Shown one piece after another: positions 36,068-44,500 of a stretch of 64,000 nucleotides of DNA. Below the pieces are notes generated by a model. It worked only from the letters and a program-made list of their open reading frames with translations, did not search any database and was not told the origin of the DNA. Position 1 is the first letter of the stretch, and the number at the start of each line of letters is the position of its first letter. Both the position numbers and the translations under genes were made by a program. This DNA comes from a plasmid, in the sequence record NZ_CP016173.1. The stretch is one strand, 5' to 3'.

Positions 36068-37025
36068 TGTCCACCCCCAGTTCTTGCTGCGACGCCGCTT
36101 GGGCGCTATCGCGCTTACGAGAAGCAATCTTCGCTTCGGCCTCTTTGATCTCGGCGGTCGCACGAACAAGGTTCAGCAACGTCAGGGCATCAACCTCGAT
36201 CCGCTCACCCTTCAGGTCTTCAGGATTTTTCTTCTCCATAGCTGCCAGGCGACGGCGCGTCGCGCTGTCGAAGCTCTCAACTGCGCCGCGCAGGGCGGTC
36301 ACCACAGACCCGACCACTTTCGGGGGCAGCGTGGGCCCGCGCATCGTGCTCCGCGTTACCTTGGCCTTCCCTTGCGCAACCGCTTTCTCGTACTCCCCTC
36401 GCAAGAATGCGCCTGCCTTCTCCCGGTACTTGCGCACAGCTTCGATAGCCACGTCGGCAGTCACGACCCCATCGCGTACCAGCTGATGCACATCCGGCTC
36501 GGCCGTCGCCAACAGCAGCATCTGCTCGACGCGGGCGGGCGTGACGAGCTGCTTCCTGGCGATATCGACGTTCGAGTGCCCGTTCCGGTGGAGACGCAAG
36601 TACCCCTCAGCAATCTTCAACGGCTTGAACTTCAGGCCATCGTTGCTCTTGAGCATCATATGGACCCGATCGGACTCGTTCCCACGGAAGGGCACGGTAT
36701 CAACGAAAGGCAGCTCTGCACCCCGTTCGATGGCCAACAGGGCACCGCGCCGACGGCAATGCCCCTCGACAACAAGGATGCGCCCGTCGCCGTCCGTGCG
36801 AACAATCCAGGGCGGTACGAAGTTACCCGCCATATAGGACTGCGCGAATCCCTCGATATGGGCGATCACCTCGGGATCGTCATAGTCCCTCAGATTGAAT
36901 CCCTCTTCCTCTTCCACCAAACGGGGATCGATGCGGTAGAGGTCGTTCTTCTTGACGCCAGGGATATTGGTGTCAGCGGCCATGCTTTTCAGGGACCGGG
37001 ACTTTTCAGGTTGAGACGAAGCCAT
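36057..37025 (-). CDS. ParB/Srx-like nuclease-domain protein
   Basis: 322 aa (trimmed to MASSQPEKSRS…). ParB N-terminal domain motif …RILVVEGHCRRRGALLAIERG… (GxRR box). No parA partner is adjacent. First gene of the 20-kb minus-strand block. Confidence 0.75.
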   Translation of the reverse strand: MASSQPEKSRSLKSMAADTNIPGVKKNDLYRIDPRLVEEEEGFNLRDYDDPEVIAHIEGFAQSYMAGNFVPPWIVRTDGDGRILVVEGHCRRRGALLAIERGAELPFVDTVPFRGNESDRVHMMLKSNDGLKFKPLKIAEGYLRLHRNGHSNVDIARKQLVTPARVEQMLLLATAEPDVHQLVRDGVVTADVAIEAVRKYREKAGAFLRGEYEKAVAQGKAKVTRSTMRGPTLPPKVVGSVVTALRGAVESFDSATRRRLAAMEKKNPEDLKGERIEVDALTLLNLVRATAEIKEAEAKIASRKRDSAQAASQQELGVDNGE

Positions 37026-37077
37026 GATCACTCCTTTGTTGGGTCGGGCGAGGTTGCGATATGGACTATAGTACATG

Positions 37078-37111
37078 TTGCACGATCATTTTGCAAGACT
37101 ATAATCCACAT
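37078..37111 (+). promoter_or_regulatory. strong sigma70-like promoter candidate: TTGCAC-16-TATAAT followed by CCACAT
   Basis: -35 TTGCAC (37078..37083), a 16-nt spacer, and -10 TATAAT (37100..37105). It sits ~90 nt upstream of the 37198 gene and lies in the divergent region shared with the ParB-like gene. Confidence 0.5.
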
Positions 37112-37197
37112 TAGATGCATTGATCATGCTCCATCCTTATTTTGCCGCGTCACCCACGGGTTGGCGCTCATTTTTTCGTCTCAAGGAATAGCCGTTC

Positions 37198-37410
37198 ATG
37201 AGCAAGCCCGATCCCACCGCGACACGACTATCCCAGCACGATTTCAAGACTGAAGTAACAAAGCGCGGCTGGACGTATGCCGCGCTGAGTAAGCGTTGGG
37301 GCGTCTCAGCGAATTGGATTAGCAAGCTTTCCCGGGACACCGACCGGGCGATGCACTGGGATGACGCCGTGCGTGGCCTGCCGTATGTCACCGAGAAGGC
37401 TGGACCATAA
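37198..37410 (+). CDS. small putative DNA-binding/regulatory protein (70 aa)
   Basis: AAGGAA RBS. Basic protein with a helix-turn-helix-like segment (…AALSKRWGVSANWISKLSRD…). Confidence 0.5.
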   Translation: MSKPDPTATRLSQHDFKTEVTKRGWTYAALSKRWGVSANWISKLSRDTDRAMHWDDAVRGLPYVTEKAGP

Positions 37411-37418
37411 TCATTTCG

Positions 37419-37451
37419 TTTCATCTTATAAAAGTGGCGTATAATCCACAT
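37419..37451 (+). promoter_or_regulatory. second promoter candidate with identical extended -10 TATAATCCACAT
   Basis: TATAATCCACAT at 37440..37451, an exact copy of 37100..37111. Weak -35 TTTCAT. Lies 20 nt upstream of the RBS and ATG of the ATPase gene. Confidence 0.35.
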
Positions 37452-37471
37452 AAAAATCGAAGGAGCACGCC

Positions 37472-38968
37472 ATGCATGTTCGCTTTGGCACGGACGCCGG
37501 GGCGCGAAGTCGCGGTCAAAGCCAACCCATCACATGGGACAGCACAAAGGTAGTGAACGGTCACTGCCTCATCGTCGGGATGTCTGGCGCCGGAAAAACT
37601 CACCGGCTCCGTGACCTGATTCGACAGATGCAAGACACTTGCGGCGGGAAACCGCTGCGGGTCCACGTATTCGATGTGCATGGCGATATCGAGCTGCCCC
37701 AGGCCAGCAGCGTCATGTTCAGCGAACAGACTTCTTACGGCATGAATCCGCTGCGGGTTAATCCTGATCCGCACTATGGCGGCGTGCGCAAGCGCGTCCA
37801 GGGCTTCATCGCCACGGTAAATCGCGTCATGCGGGCTCTCGGCCCCAAGCAAGAGGCCGCGCTTCGCAACATCCTCTACGACTTGTACGCCCGGCACGGT
37901 TTCAAGCACGACGATCCCAGCACCTGGGTCATCGATGAGGGTAAGGCCCAACTCGTTTCAGATGGGTCCGACGGCAAGCTGTACATTGATGTGCCCCTAG
38001 CGGAAATCCCTGATGCCAAGGCACTGGGTGCCGAATGGTGCCCAACGCAGCGCTGCTTGCGCGTTGCCACGGACCAGTACACCGGAGCCATCACACGATG
38101 GCCCCCAAAGATCGCCGCGCAAACGCACCCCGCGATTAGCGATGCCCTGCGCATGGCACGCCACATCCTCCAGATGAGTTTCCTGGGTACTGGGGTGGAG
38201 GCAATCACCAAGCTGGAAATTGCGAACAAAGCCGCCGCTGCGTACCAACGCAAACGCATGGAGGCGCTGCGTCGCGGCGACAAGTCATTCGCGGACGAGA
38301 AGCTAGAGGCGGATCTCACGAAGGCCAAGACGAAGGCGATCGAGGCCTATAGCGCTTATGCGGAAGCCATCATGACCGGGAACGAGCTCACCGATGTCAT
38401 GAAGTACGACTCCACTGACGTACTGAAATCCGTCGTTGACCGCCTGGAGAACCTGAATGCCATCGGCGTATTCAAGGCCCAGCAACCGCCTTTTGATCCC
38501 GACAATCAGGTCTGGCGCTACAACATCAAGGCGCTTTCGATGGAAGAGCGCAAGTTGTTTGTACTCTTCCGACTGGAAGAGCTCTTCGCCCAGGCTGTGC
38601 AGCGCGGCGAGCAAGACGACATCGTAGAGGTGGTGGTTCTCGATGAGGCGCACATCTATGCAGACGATGACCCTGAGAACATCATCAACACTATCGCCAA
38701 GGAAGCTCGTAAATTTGGCATGGCACTGATCTGCGCGAGCCAGTCGCCCACCCATTTCCCTGAAGACTTCATTTCATCGGTCTCCACCAAGATCATTCTC
38801 GGGATCGATGAAAGTTACTGGCGCGGCTCAATAGCCAAGATGCGCGTGACAGAAGAAGCGCTGGCTTGGATCAAGTTGCGCAAAAGCATGCTTGTGCAGA
38901 TGAAGCGCAGCGGCGAGACCCGCAACGAATGGCTTTGGACATACCTCGAACAATCCCCGCAGAACTGA
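37472..38968 (+). CDS. FtsK/HerA-superfamily P-loop ATPase (soluble, 498 aa)
   Basis: AAGGAG RBS. Walker A LIVGMSGAGKTHRL. Walker B VVVLDEAHIY. Downstream FtsK/HerA-like …ARKFGMALICASQSPTHFPEDFISSVSTKIILG…. No TM segments. Confidence 0.8.
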   Translation: MHVRFGTDAGARSRGQSQPITWDSTKVVNGHCLIVGMSGAGKTHRLRDLIRQMQDTCGGKPLRVHVFDVHGDIELPQASSVMFSEQTSYGMNPLRVNPDPHYGGVRKRVQGFIATVNRVMRALGPKQEAALRNILYDLYARHGFKHDDPSTWVIDEGKAQLVSDGSDGKLYIDVPLAEIPDAKALGAEWCPTQRCLRVATDQYTGAITRWPPKIAAQTHPAISDALRMARHILQMSFLGTGVEAITKLEIANKAAAAYQRKRMEALRRGDKSFADEKLEADLTKAKTKAIEAYSAYAEAIMTGNELTDVMKYDSTDVLKSVVDRLENLNAIGVFKAQQPPFDPDNQVWRYNIKALSMEERKLFVLFRLEELFAQAVQRGEQDDIVEVVVLDEAHIYADDDPENIINTIAKEARKFGMALICASQSPTHFPEDFISSVSTKIILGIDESYWRGSIAKMRVTEEALAWIKLRKSMLVQMKRSGETRNEWLWTYLEQSPQN

Positions 38969-38976
38969 GCAGGAAC

Positions 38977-39279
38977 ATGAACCGTCAAGAGCTGATCGAA
39001 ATCGTTGCGGCCCAAACCGAGCAATCTCAACGTGCCGTCGATCGCATGTTGGCCGCACTGATCAACACCATACAGGACACCGTAGCCGGCGGCGAGAAAG
39101 TGTCCATCCAAGGTTTCGGAACCTTTGAACCGAAACATCAGCAGGCGCGGACCGGTCGCAACATCGCGACCGGCGATCCCGTTGAAATTCCAGCCACTAT
39201 CAAGCCCCGGTTCAAGCCTGGCGTGAACTTTCGCAAGATTGTCGCTCCAGGTTCTTTTCCGGAACAAATTTCTGAATAG
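38977..39279 (+). CDS. HU/IHF-family DNA-binding protein
   Basis: ORF trimmed to MNRQELIEIVAAQTEQSQRAVDRML…GFGTFEPKHQQARTGRNIATGDPVEIPATIKPRFKPGVNFRKIV. This is the canonical HU fold signature. Confidence 0.9.
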   Translation: MNRQELIEIVAAQTEQSQRAVDRMLAALINTIQDTVAGGEKVSIQGFGTFEPKHQQARTGRNIATGDPVEIPATIKPRFKPGVNFRKIVAPGSFPEQISE

Positions 39280-39287
39280 GGAATGCC

Positions 39288-39854
39288 ATGAGAAAAGCCA
39301 TCACACTCGCCCTCGTCACCCTGTTTGCGCCCGCAGTAGCGTGCGCATCTCCGGTATCACAAGACACACATGGACCGACTGACGGCATGGGGCAGTACGT
39401 CATCACGTCTCAAATGTTGAAAAACGGCACGTCAATGCATCAAAGCAAGATATCGACATTTGGCGACGGAACTGCCGGGGGAGAAGAACAGTTCGAATAT
39501 CCAATTATCAGCGGCGCCACGTGGCGTGCTTCGTCTACAGAGCCAGAAATCCAACGTAGTGTGGTAAAGACTGGCTACGCGTTTTTTGCCACCTGCAAGC
39601 CCGCTGCGGCTCCGGACGTGGGCAAAATAGAGTGCCTGTTGCAAGGTCATGTCACCGACCTTGAGAACCCACAGATGGTTTCTCCGGAAACCCAGGACGC
39701 GATAGAGAAGGCCATCAAGAAGGGTTACTTGACGCTTGCGCTGCCCACAGTTGACACCCATTACTGGAGCCAGTCGGTCGTGCTGCGTGACGGCGAGCAA
39801 GCTGTCCTGAAGATGGAGCCATACGAGCTCAAGGTGACGGTCCAGAAACACTGA
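39288..39854 (+). CDS. secreted hypothetical protein (signal peptide)
   Basis: MRKAITLALVTLFAPAVACASP… signal peptide. 188 aa. Confidence 0.6.
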   Translation: MRKAITLALVTLFAPAVACASPVSQDTHGPTDGMGQYVITSQMLKNGTSMHQSKISTFGDGTAGGEEQFEYPIISGATWRASSTEPEIQRSVVKTGYAFFATCKPAAAPDVGKIECLLQGHVTDLENPQMVSPETQDAIEKAIKKGYLTLALPTVDTHYWSQSVVLRDGEQAVLKMEPYELKVTVQKH

Positions 39855-39856
39855 TT

Positions 39857-40195
39857 ATGGATCACACGACATCAATCAATCGCGGCATCGAATTGTTGGC
39901 ATTGTGCCAAGCGCTTCAGAGCGAAAAGGACGGCGTTGTCCGGCCCGCGCCGTCCACGGTGGACAGGTCAAAGACGCTTGACCAGTTCGCGAAGGACATC
40001 GATGCAGCGACAACCTATATGGCTGCGCTGCACAAACTGATTCCGCAGATGTTGCGCCTGGCAGAGCTTGGCCGGAAGCTTGAGACCGAAGGCAAGCTGA
40101 AACTTGAAAACGGCGATGATTATTCAGCCGCTGCGCTGAATTTCGTCCTGCAGGAATATGGCCTCGCCCAAAAAGCTCACGACGAAAGGAAGTGA
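39857..40195 (+). CDS. hypothetical protein (112 aa)
   Basis: Co-directional gene 2 nt after the previous stop. Confidence 0.5.
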   Translation: MDHTTSINRGIELLALCQALQSEKDGVVRPAPSTVDRSKTLDQFAKDIDAATTYMAALHKLIPQMLRLAELGRKLETEGKLKLENGDDYSAAALNFVLQEYGLAQKAHDERK

Positions 40196-40200
40196 AGAAC

Positions 40201-41361
40201 ATGACCAGGACTCCCACGCCACACGACCGCTTGCAGCGCTTTGCGCTAGGTGGCCGAGAAACTTGGAAAGCCTACTGGCACAGAGGCACAACGCTTCTGT
40301 GTGACCACGGGGGTCGCACGCTTTGGATGGCTGTTCTGCTGATAATTACTGGCATGGCATACAGCACGCGCCACTACCCAGTCGAGCTGGGTGTGCAACG
40401 CGTGGTAGCTATCGTGGAGGCACTCGGCCTCGCCATTACGCTTTCGTTGCCGGTGATTGGCGCATTAGCACATGCCCACAATTCGTGGAGCTGGCATACA
40501 GTTCACGGCGAACTTTATCGTTTCATACATGGCTTGGCGATTTATGTCATCACACTTTGGACGATTGGAGCTGTGGGTGATGACACCTATCGTTGGATCT
40601 CAGCAAATCCAAACGATGCGGCAGCGGCTGCGGTGGCAGTGTGGATCTGTTGGCTCATGCTACGCGTCACATTAAGACCGGCACACAACCCGAGCTTCGC
40701 TCGCAGCGACGCCGCTGTGGCGCCCGGTATTGCGCTTCTGCCTCGCAGAGCCACAGCGCGGGACGCTAGGTACACCGCTGCCCATGAAGCCGGACATGCA
40801 CTGGTGTATGCCGCACTCGGTAGGCTCCCACCAAATGTGCGGTTAGTTGTGAATCCGCATGCCGATGAGAACGGCGTCATCGGGTTTGTCACGGCCATCG
40901 ACAGCGAGCACAGGCTAGACGAAACATCTTTCGTGGAATGGCACATGCTGGCTTTGTTGGCCGGAAAACTCGGCGAGACTTCCCTGTATCGCGAATCCAC
41001 GCTAGGAAGCCGTAACGACCATACACGATGGCTCAACATTGCACGCGTTTATCTTTCCAATCACCATCGTGGCATCTACTACACCGAACCCCAGAACAAG
41101 TTTGAGCAGGAGCAAAATGAGGCCAAGCTCAACGCACTACGCAGCGAGCACTTGAAGCTGCTGGAGGCGCTTTTCGAGCGTAATGCTGACGTGTTCAAGC
41201 AACTTGCGGCAGCGCTACTGGACAAGCGGAGCTTGGGCCGCGAAGACCTACTCCCGTTTCTCGCCCGCGTGCAGCTCCCTCCACGCTTCCCTCTTCCGTT
41301 CGGCCCCTTCCAGCAGTTCAGCAATGAATGGCCCATGAGGGCAGAGACAGCCGAAAGTTAG
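40201..41361 (+). CDS. membrane-anchored FtsH-like (M41) zinc metallopeptidase domain protein lacking the AAA ATPase module
   Basis: ORF 40192 (GTG) trimmed to the ATG at 40201 with an AAGGAA RBS. ~4-5 N-terminal TM helices. C-terminal …YTAAHEAGHALVYAALGRLPPNVRLVVNPHADENGVIGF…LAGKLGETSLY…GSRNDHTRWLNIARVYL… matches the FtsH peptidase HEAGH and GxxNDxxxATxIAR motifs. No Walker motifs. Confidence 0.7.
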   Translation: MTRTPTPHDRLQRFALGGRETWKAYWHRGTTLLCDHGGRTLWMAVLLIITGMAYSTRHYPVELGVQRVVAIVEALGLAITLSLPVIGALAHAHNSWSWHTVHGELYRFIHGLAIYVITLWTIGAVGDDTYRWISANPNDAAAAAVAVWICWLMLRVTLRPAHNPSFARSDAAVAPGIALLPRRATARDARYTAAHEAGHALVYAALGRLPPNVRLVVNPHADENGVIGFVTAIDSEHRLDETSFVEWHMLALLAGKLGETSLYRESTLGSRNDHTRWLNIARVYLSNHHRGIYYTEPQNKFEQEQNEAKLNALRSEHLKLLEALFERNADVFKQLAAALLDKRSLGREDLLPFLARVQLPPRFPLPFGPFQQFSNEWPMRAETAES

Positions 41362-41362
41362 C

Positions 41363-42355
41363 CTACTTCTGGTCGGGGGGCCCATCCACTAACGAAAGCC
41401 ATCGCGGGATTTCCTTCGAGAGTAGGTCGCCGAAAGACACGGGGCTGTTCGGCCCGATTGGGATTCCGTATCCCATCCTGATGAAGTCTTGCTGTAACTC
41501 AGGCACCATTAGTGCGGTGTTCAGCATCCTGTTCAGGCGAGCTACCACCTGCGGCGGCGTGCCCGCTGGCACCATAAGCCCACCCCAGGTATCGACGTTC
41601 AAGTTCGGATAACCCAATTCCTGCACCGTCGCTATGTCCTTCGCGATTGGGATCCTGCGATTTGACAAGACTGCGACCACTCGCACTGTTCCGGCCCGTA
41701 TGTGAGCCATCGTTGCTGCCAAGTTCTCGAACTGGACATCGACCCGCCCTCCAATCACTTCGACAAGCGCGGGCGCGCTGCCGGTGTGGGGAACGTGCTC
41801 CATGACGACGTTCGCTTCACGTTGGAACAACTCACACAGAAGATGTCCGGTCGATCCAACACCTGAGGACGCACACGTCAACGCCCCTGGGTGCGCTTTC
41901 GCCAAGCTGATCAGATCCGAAATGTTTTTGATCGGGGAATCTGCTCGGGTGACTATCAGATTGGGGGTGACTGCCAAAAGCCCGACCGGCAGCAGATCCC
42001 TCGAAAAGTCATAATCCGCGTTCGCGCCTAGTGCTTTATGGAGCACGTTCGGCCGCCCGCTCAAGAAGAGGGTATAGCCATCAGGCGCGGCGCGTGCCAC
42101 GGCCTTGGCTGCAATGTTGCTGGCCGCGCCTGGGCGATATTGGATGATCATCCTGTGGCCGAACAGGGCGGTCATATGCTTTCCGAGAGTTCGCACCAGC
42201 CTATCTCCCCCGCCGCCTGGAGGGTAGCCGATAACAATCGTGATTGGCCCCTGTGGGAATACGGGCTCCGTCGCCGATCCTGCCTCCGCCGCGAATGGGG
42301 CTACCCCGGCCGCTGCCAGCATCACTGCGGCCAATTCTCGCCTTGTAAGCTGCAT
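41363..42355 (-). CDS. Bug-family (TctC-like) tripartite tricarboxylate transporter substrate-binding protein
   Basis: ORF trimmed to MQLTRRELAAVMLAAAGVAPFAAEA… (signal peptide). Characteristic …ASSGVGSTGHLLCELFQREANVVMEHVPHTGSAPALVEVIGGRVDVQF…. This family is expanded in Bordetella, Achromobacter and Cupriavidus. Confidence 0.85.
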   Translation of the reverse strand: MQLTRRELAAVMLAAAGVAPFAAEAGSATEPVFPQGPITIVIGYPPGGGGDRLVRTLGKHMTALFGHRMIIQYRPGAASNIAAKAVARAAPDGYTLFLSGRPNVLHKALGANADYDFSRDLLPVGLLAVTPNLIVTRADSPIKNISDLISLAKAHPGALTCASSGVGSTGHLLCELFQREANVVMEHVPHTGSAPALVEVIGGRVDVQFENLAATMAHIRAGTVRVVAVLSNRRIPIAKDIATVQELGYPNLNVDTWGGLMVPAGTPPQVVARLNRMLNTALMVPELQQDFIRMGYGIPIGPNSPVSFGDLLSKEIPRWLSLVDGPPDQK

Positions 42356-42584
42356 CACTGTCTCAATCGTCCTTTGGTCAGGTGGCGCAACGCTACGCCA
42401 TCCAAGACGCGCGCGCGCAACCATGAATAGAAATCGGACGAACCCCGGCCTCGGGGCCCTTAGGCGCGCTGCCTGGTCCCCTGCTACCCCTCCCGATGAG
42501 CTGGCGAAATTTCGGCCTATAATTCATTGTTTTTATTGAGTTTTACCTGTAAATTGGAAAACACGCACCCATACAGGTAAAACC

Positions 42585-43658
42585 ATGCAATTTGTAGAGC
42601 TGGAAGACGAGCAACGGCTGAACTTCGTCAATTCCGAGCAGCTATATCGGGCCTGGCGGGAAGCCCGGGAATCCCTGCTCCAATACCGTTACGGTATGCG
42701 TTGGGTCGACCGTAATGGCAAGCGATACCTGGTCCGGTTCATAGACGCAAAGGGCAATGGCCGATCCCTGGGGCCGGAAAGCGCCAAGACACATGAAGTG
42801 CTGAAAAATTTTGACGCCGGCAGGATTCAAGCCCGCGAGAAGTATGACGGGCTCTCGCAACGGCTTCTCACGCAAATCAGGCTCAATCGTGCCCTACGCC
42901 TCGGCCGCGTACCGCGCCAGGCCGCCGAGATCCTTTCAGCGATGAACGTCTCGGGGCTCGATCGTGAATTTCTGGTGGTCGGCACGCATGCGCTATTTGC
43001 CTACGAGGCCATGGCCGCTGTACATGTGCATCCCGGCGCCCTTGCATCGGATGACCTGGATCTGTGCTTTGACGCAAGGCGCCCCCTGCAGCTCGTCAGC
43101 GACAAGCTGAAACGGCATGATGCCGAAGGGCTTCTTGGTTTCCTTCAGAGCGTAGACAAGACCTATGCCCCGATGAAAGCAAAGGGCGTTTTCCGAGCCG
43201 TCAACGCCACGGGCTTTATGGTGGATCTGATCACCCCTGAGCGGTCTATGAGGCACGCGGACGCCGTGACCTTCGGCGCGGAGGATCTCGTCGCCGCCGA
43301 GGTGCCCAACTTACATTGGCTGATCAATGCGCCCAAGGTGCAACAGGTCGCGATTGCGTCCAATGGCCGTCCTGTGATGATGCAAGTTCCTGACCCCAGG
43401 GCCTTCGCCTTGCACAAGGCATGGCTGTCGCAACAGCCCACCCGCGAACCCGTAAAGCGGCAGCGAGACAAGGGCCAAGCCATGATCGCGGTAGCGATCG
43501 TGGGCCAATACCTCCCTCACCTGCCCTTCTCCCCAGACCAACTGCGATACCTGAGCTTGGATATGCTCCACCTGGCTACAAACGCCATTGCGCCTGAATC
43601 CGAGGACGACATCCTGAAAGATCTGCGGGACATGGGAGATGATGGCCCGTCACCCTAA
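42585..43658 (+). CDS. nucleotidyltransferase-fold protein (pol-beta superfamily signature GT…x21…SDDLDL), 357 aa
   Basis: …FLVVGTHALFAYEAMAAVHVHPGALASDDLDLCF… fits the hG[ST]…D.D minimal NTase pattern. The rest is uncharacterised. Confidence 0.5.
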   Translation: MQFVELEDEQRLNFVNSEQLYRAWREARESLLQYRYGMRWVDRNGKRYLVRFIDAKGNGRSLGPESAKTHEVLKNFDAGRIQAREKYDGLSQRLLTQIRLNRALRLGRVPRQAAEILSAMNVSGLDREFLVVGTHALFAYEAMAAVHVHPGALASDDLDLCFDARRPLQLVSDKLKRHDAEGLLGFLQSVDKTYAPMKAKGVFRAVNATGFMVDLITPERSMRHADAVTFGAEDLVAAEVPNLHWLINAPKVQQVAIASNGRPVMMQVPDPRAFALHKAWLSQQPTREPVKRQRDKGQAMIAVAIVGQYLPHLPFSPDQLRYLSLDMLHLATNAIAPESEDDILKDLRDMGDDGPSP

Positions 43659-43999
43659 AGCGACTTGTCGGATGCCGAGCAGACTACCGGGGTAACAAGC
43701 CAGGATTGTGCGTATTCGATCACACGCAAGCCCTGCTCTACCCTTTCGAGCCCGGTCAAGGTCCAACACTCCGGCCGCGCGCAAACGAGCACAGCATCGA
43801 AGAGCGCCCCGGCATCATCTATCGGCGCACCGGACCTCGCATCCTGTAGCCGCGCAACCTTCGACGTACGGTTCCACTCGGGAACATGCTCTTCGGCCAT
43901 GAGCAGCACGCCTCGGTGTGGGCGGGTCATGCATGAGCGGAATCGAGGGAGCGTCCACCCTTCATGGCGTAACGCAAAGACTTCGACAACAAAAGGCAT
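43655..43999 (-). CDS. hypothetical protein (114 aa)
   Basis: ORF 43655..44050 trimmed to the Met with an AAGGAA RBS (MPFVVEVFALRHEGW…). Convergent with the NTase gene, with a 4-nt overlap. Confidence 0.4.
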   Translation of the reverse strand: MPFVVEVFALRHEGWTLPRFRSCMTRPHRGVLLMAEEHVPEWNRTSKVARLQDARSGAPIDDAGALFDAVLVCARPECWTLTGLERVEQGLRVIEYAQSWLVTPVVCSASDKSL

Positions 44000-44080
44000 G
44001 GCTGTTCCTTGTACTGTATAAATATACAGCCATCTGAAAGAGCCATGCATGCCGCGCCTGGGCGTCAGCAGTCACAGCGC

Positions 44081-44401
44081 TTACAGGCCCTCAATATCGA
44101 AGTTTGAGGCTTTCGCGCAGTGCTTGAACGCGTTTAGGTAGCCCACCGCTGCGTCATGAGAACCACCGCACTTCTCGTAAAGGATGCCGGCAAAGTCTGC
44201 TTCCGGGATGTGATCGATGTCCGCCGCGCTTACGTTGGGGTCGAGGAGCTTCTGCTGGTTTATGTGATCACGGCCGATATAGATTGCCGCAATTAGCTGC
44301 CGCTGCACCTTTGCCGGATACTTACTGAGCAAGGTCGCAGCGTCGGCTTTGGTCTGCGGGGGGCTGGCCAGCACGTCTTGGATGGCGCTAGAAAGGGTCA
44401 T
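44081..44401 (-). CDS. hypothetical protein (106 aa)
   Basis: Compact ORF. No motif. Confidence 0.45.
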   Translation of the reverse strand: MTLSSAIQDVLASPPQTKADAATLLSKYPAKVQRQLIAAIYIGRDHINQQKLLDPNVSAADIDHIPEADFAGILYEKCGGSHDAAVGYLNAFKHCAKASNFDIEGL

Positions 44402-44500
44402 ACTGATCTCAGTGGATGATGGGCCAAAGAGGATAGCGCGAGTTACGCATCAGCATAAGTCCTTGCGTCCCCAGCAATTTACCTTCGCAATAAATCCTGG

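Noticed and set aside
36057-37025. Chromosome/plasmid partition locus (parAB-parS)
   Set aside because: There is no adjacent ParA-type Walker ATPase gene, and no obvious parS-like 16-bp palindrome. The protein is treated as a stand-alone ParB/Srx nuclease-domain protein.
42585-43658. CBASS cGAS/DncV-like nucleotidyltransferase
   Set aside because: The Gly-to-Asp motif spacing (~22 aa) and the absence of any adjacent effector gene (phospholipase, TM or endonuclease type) do not fit. Only the generic pol-beta NTase fold is supported.
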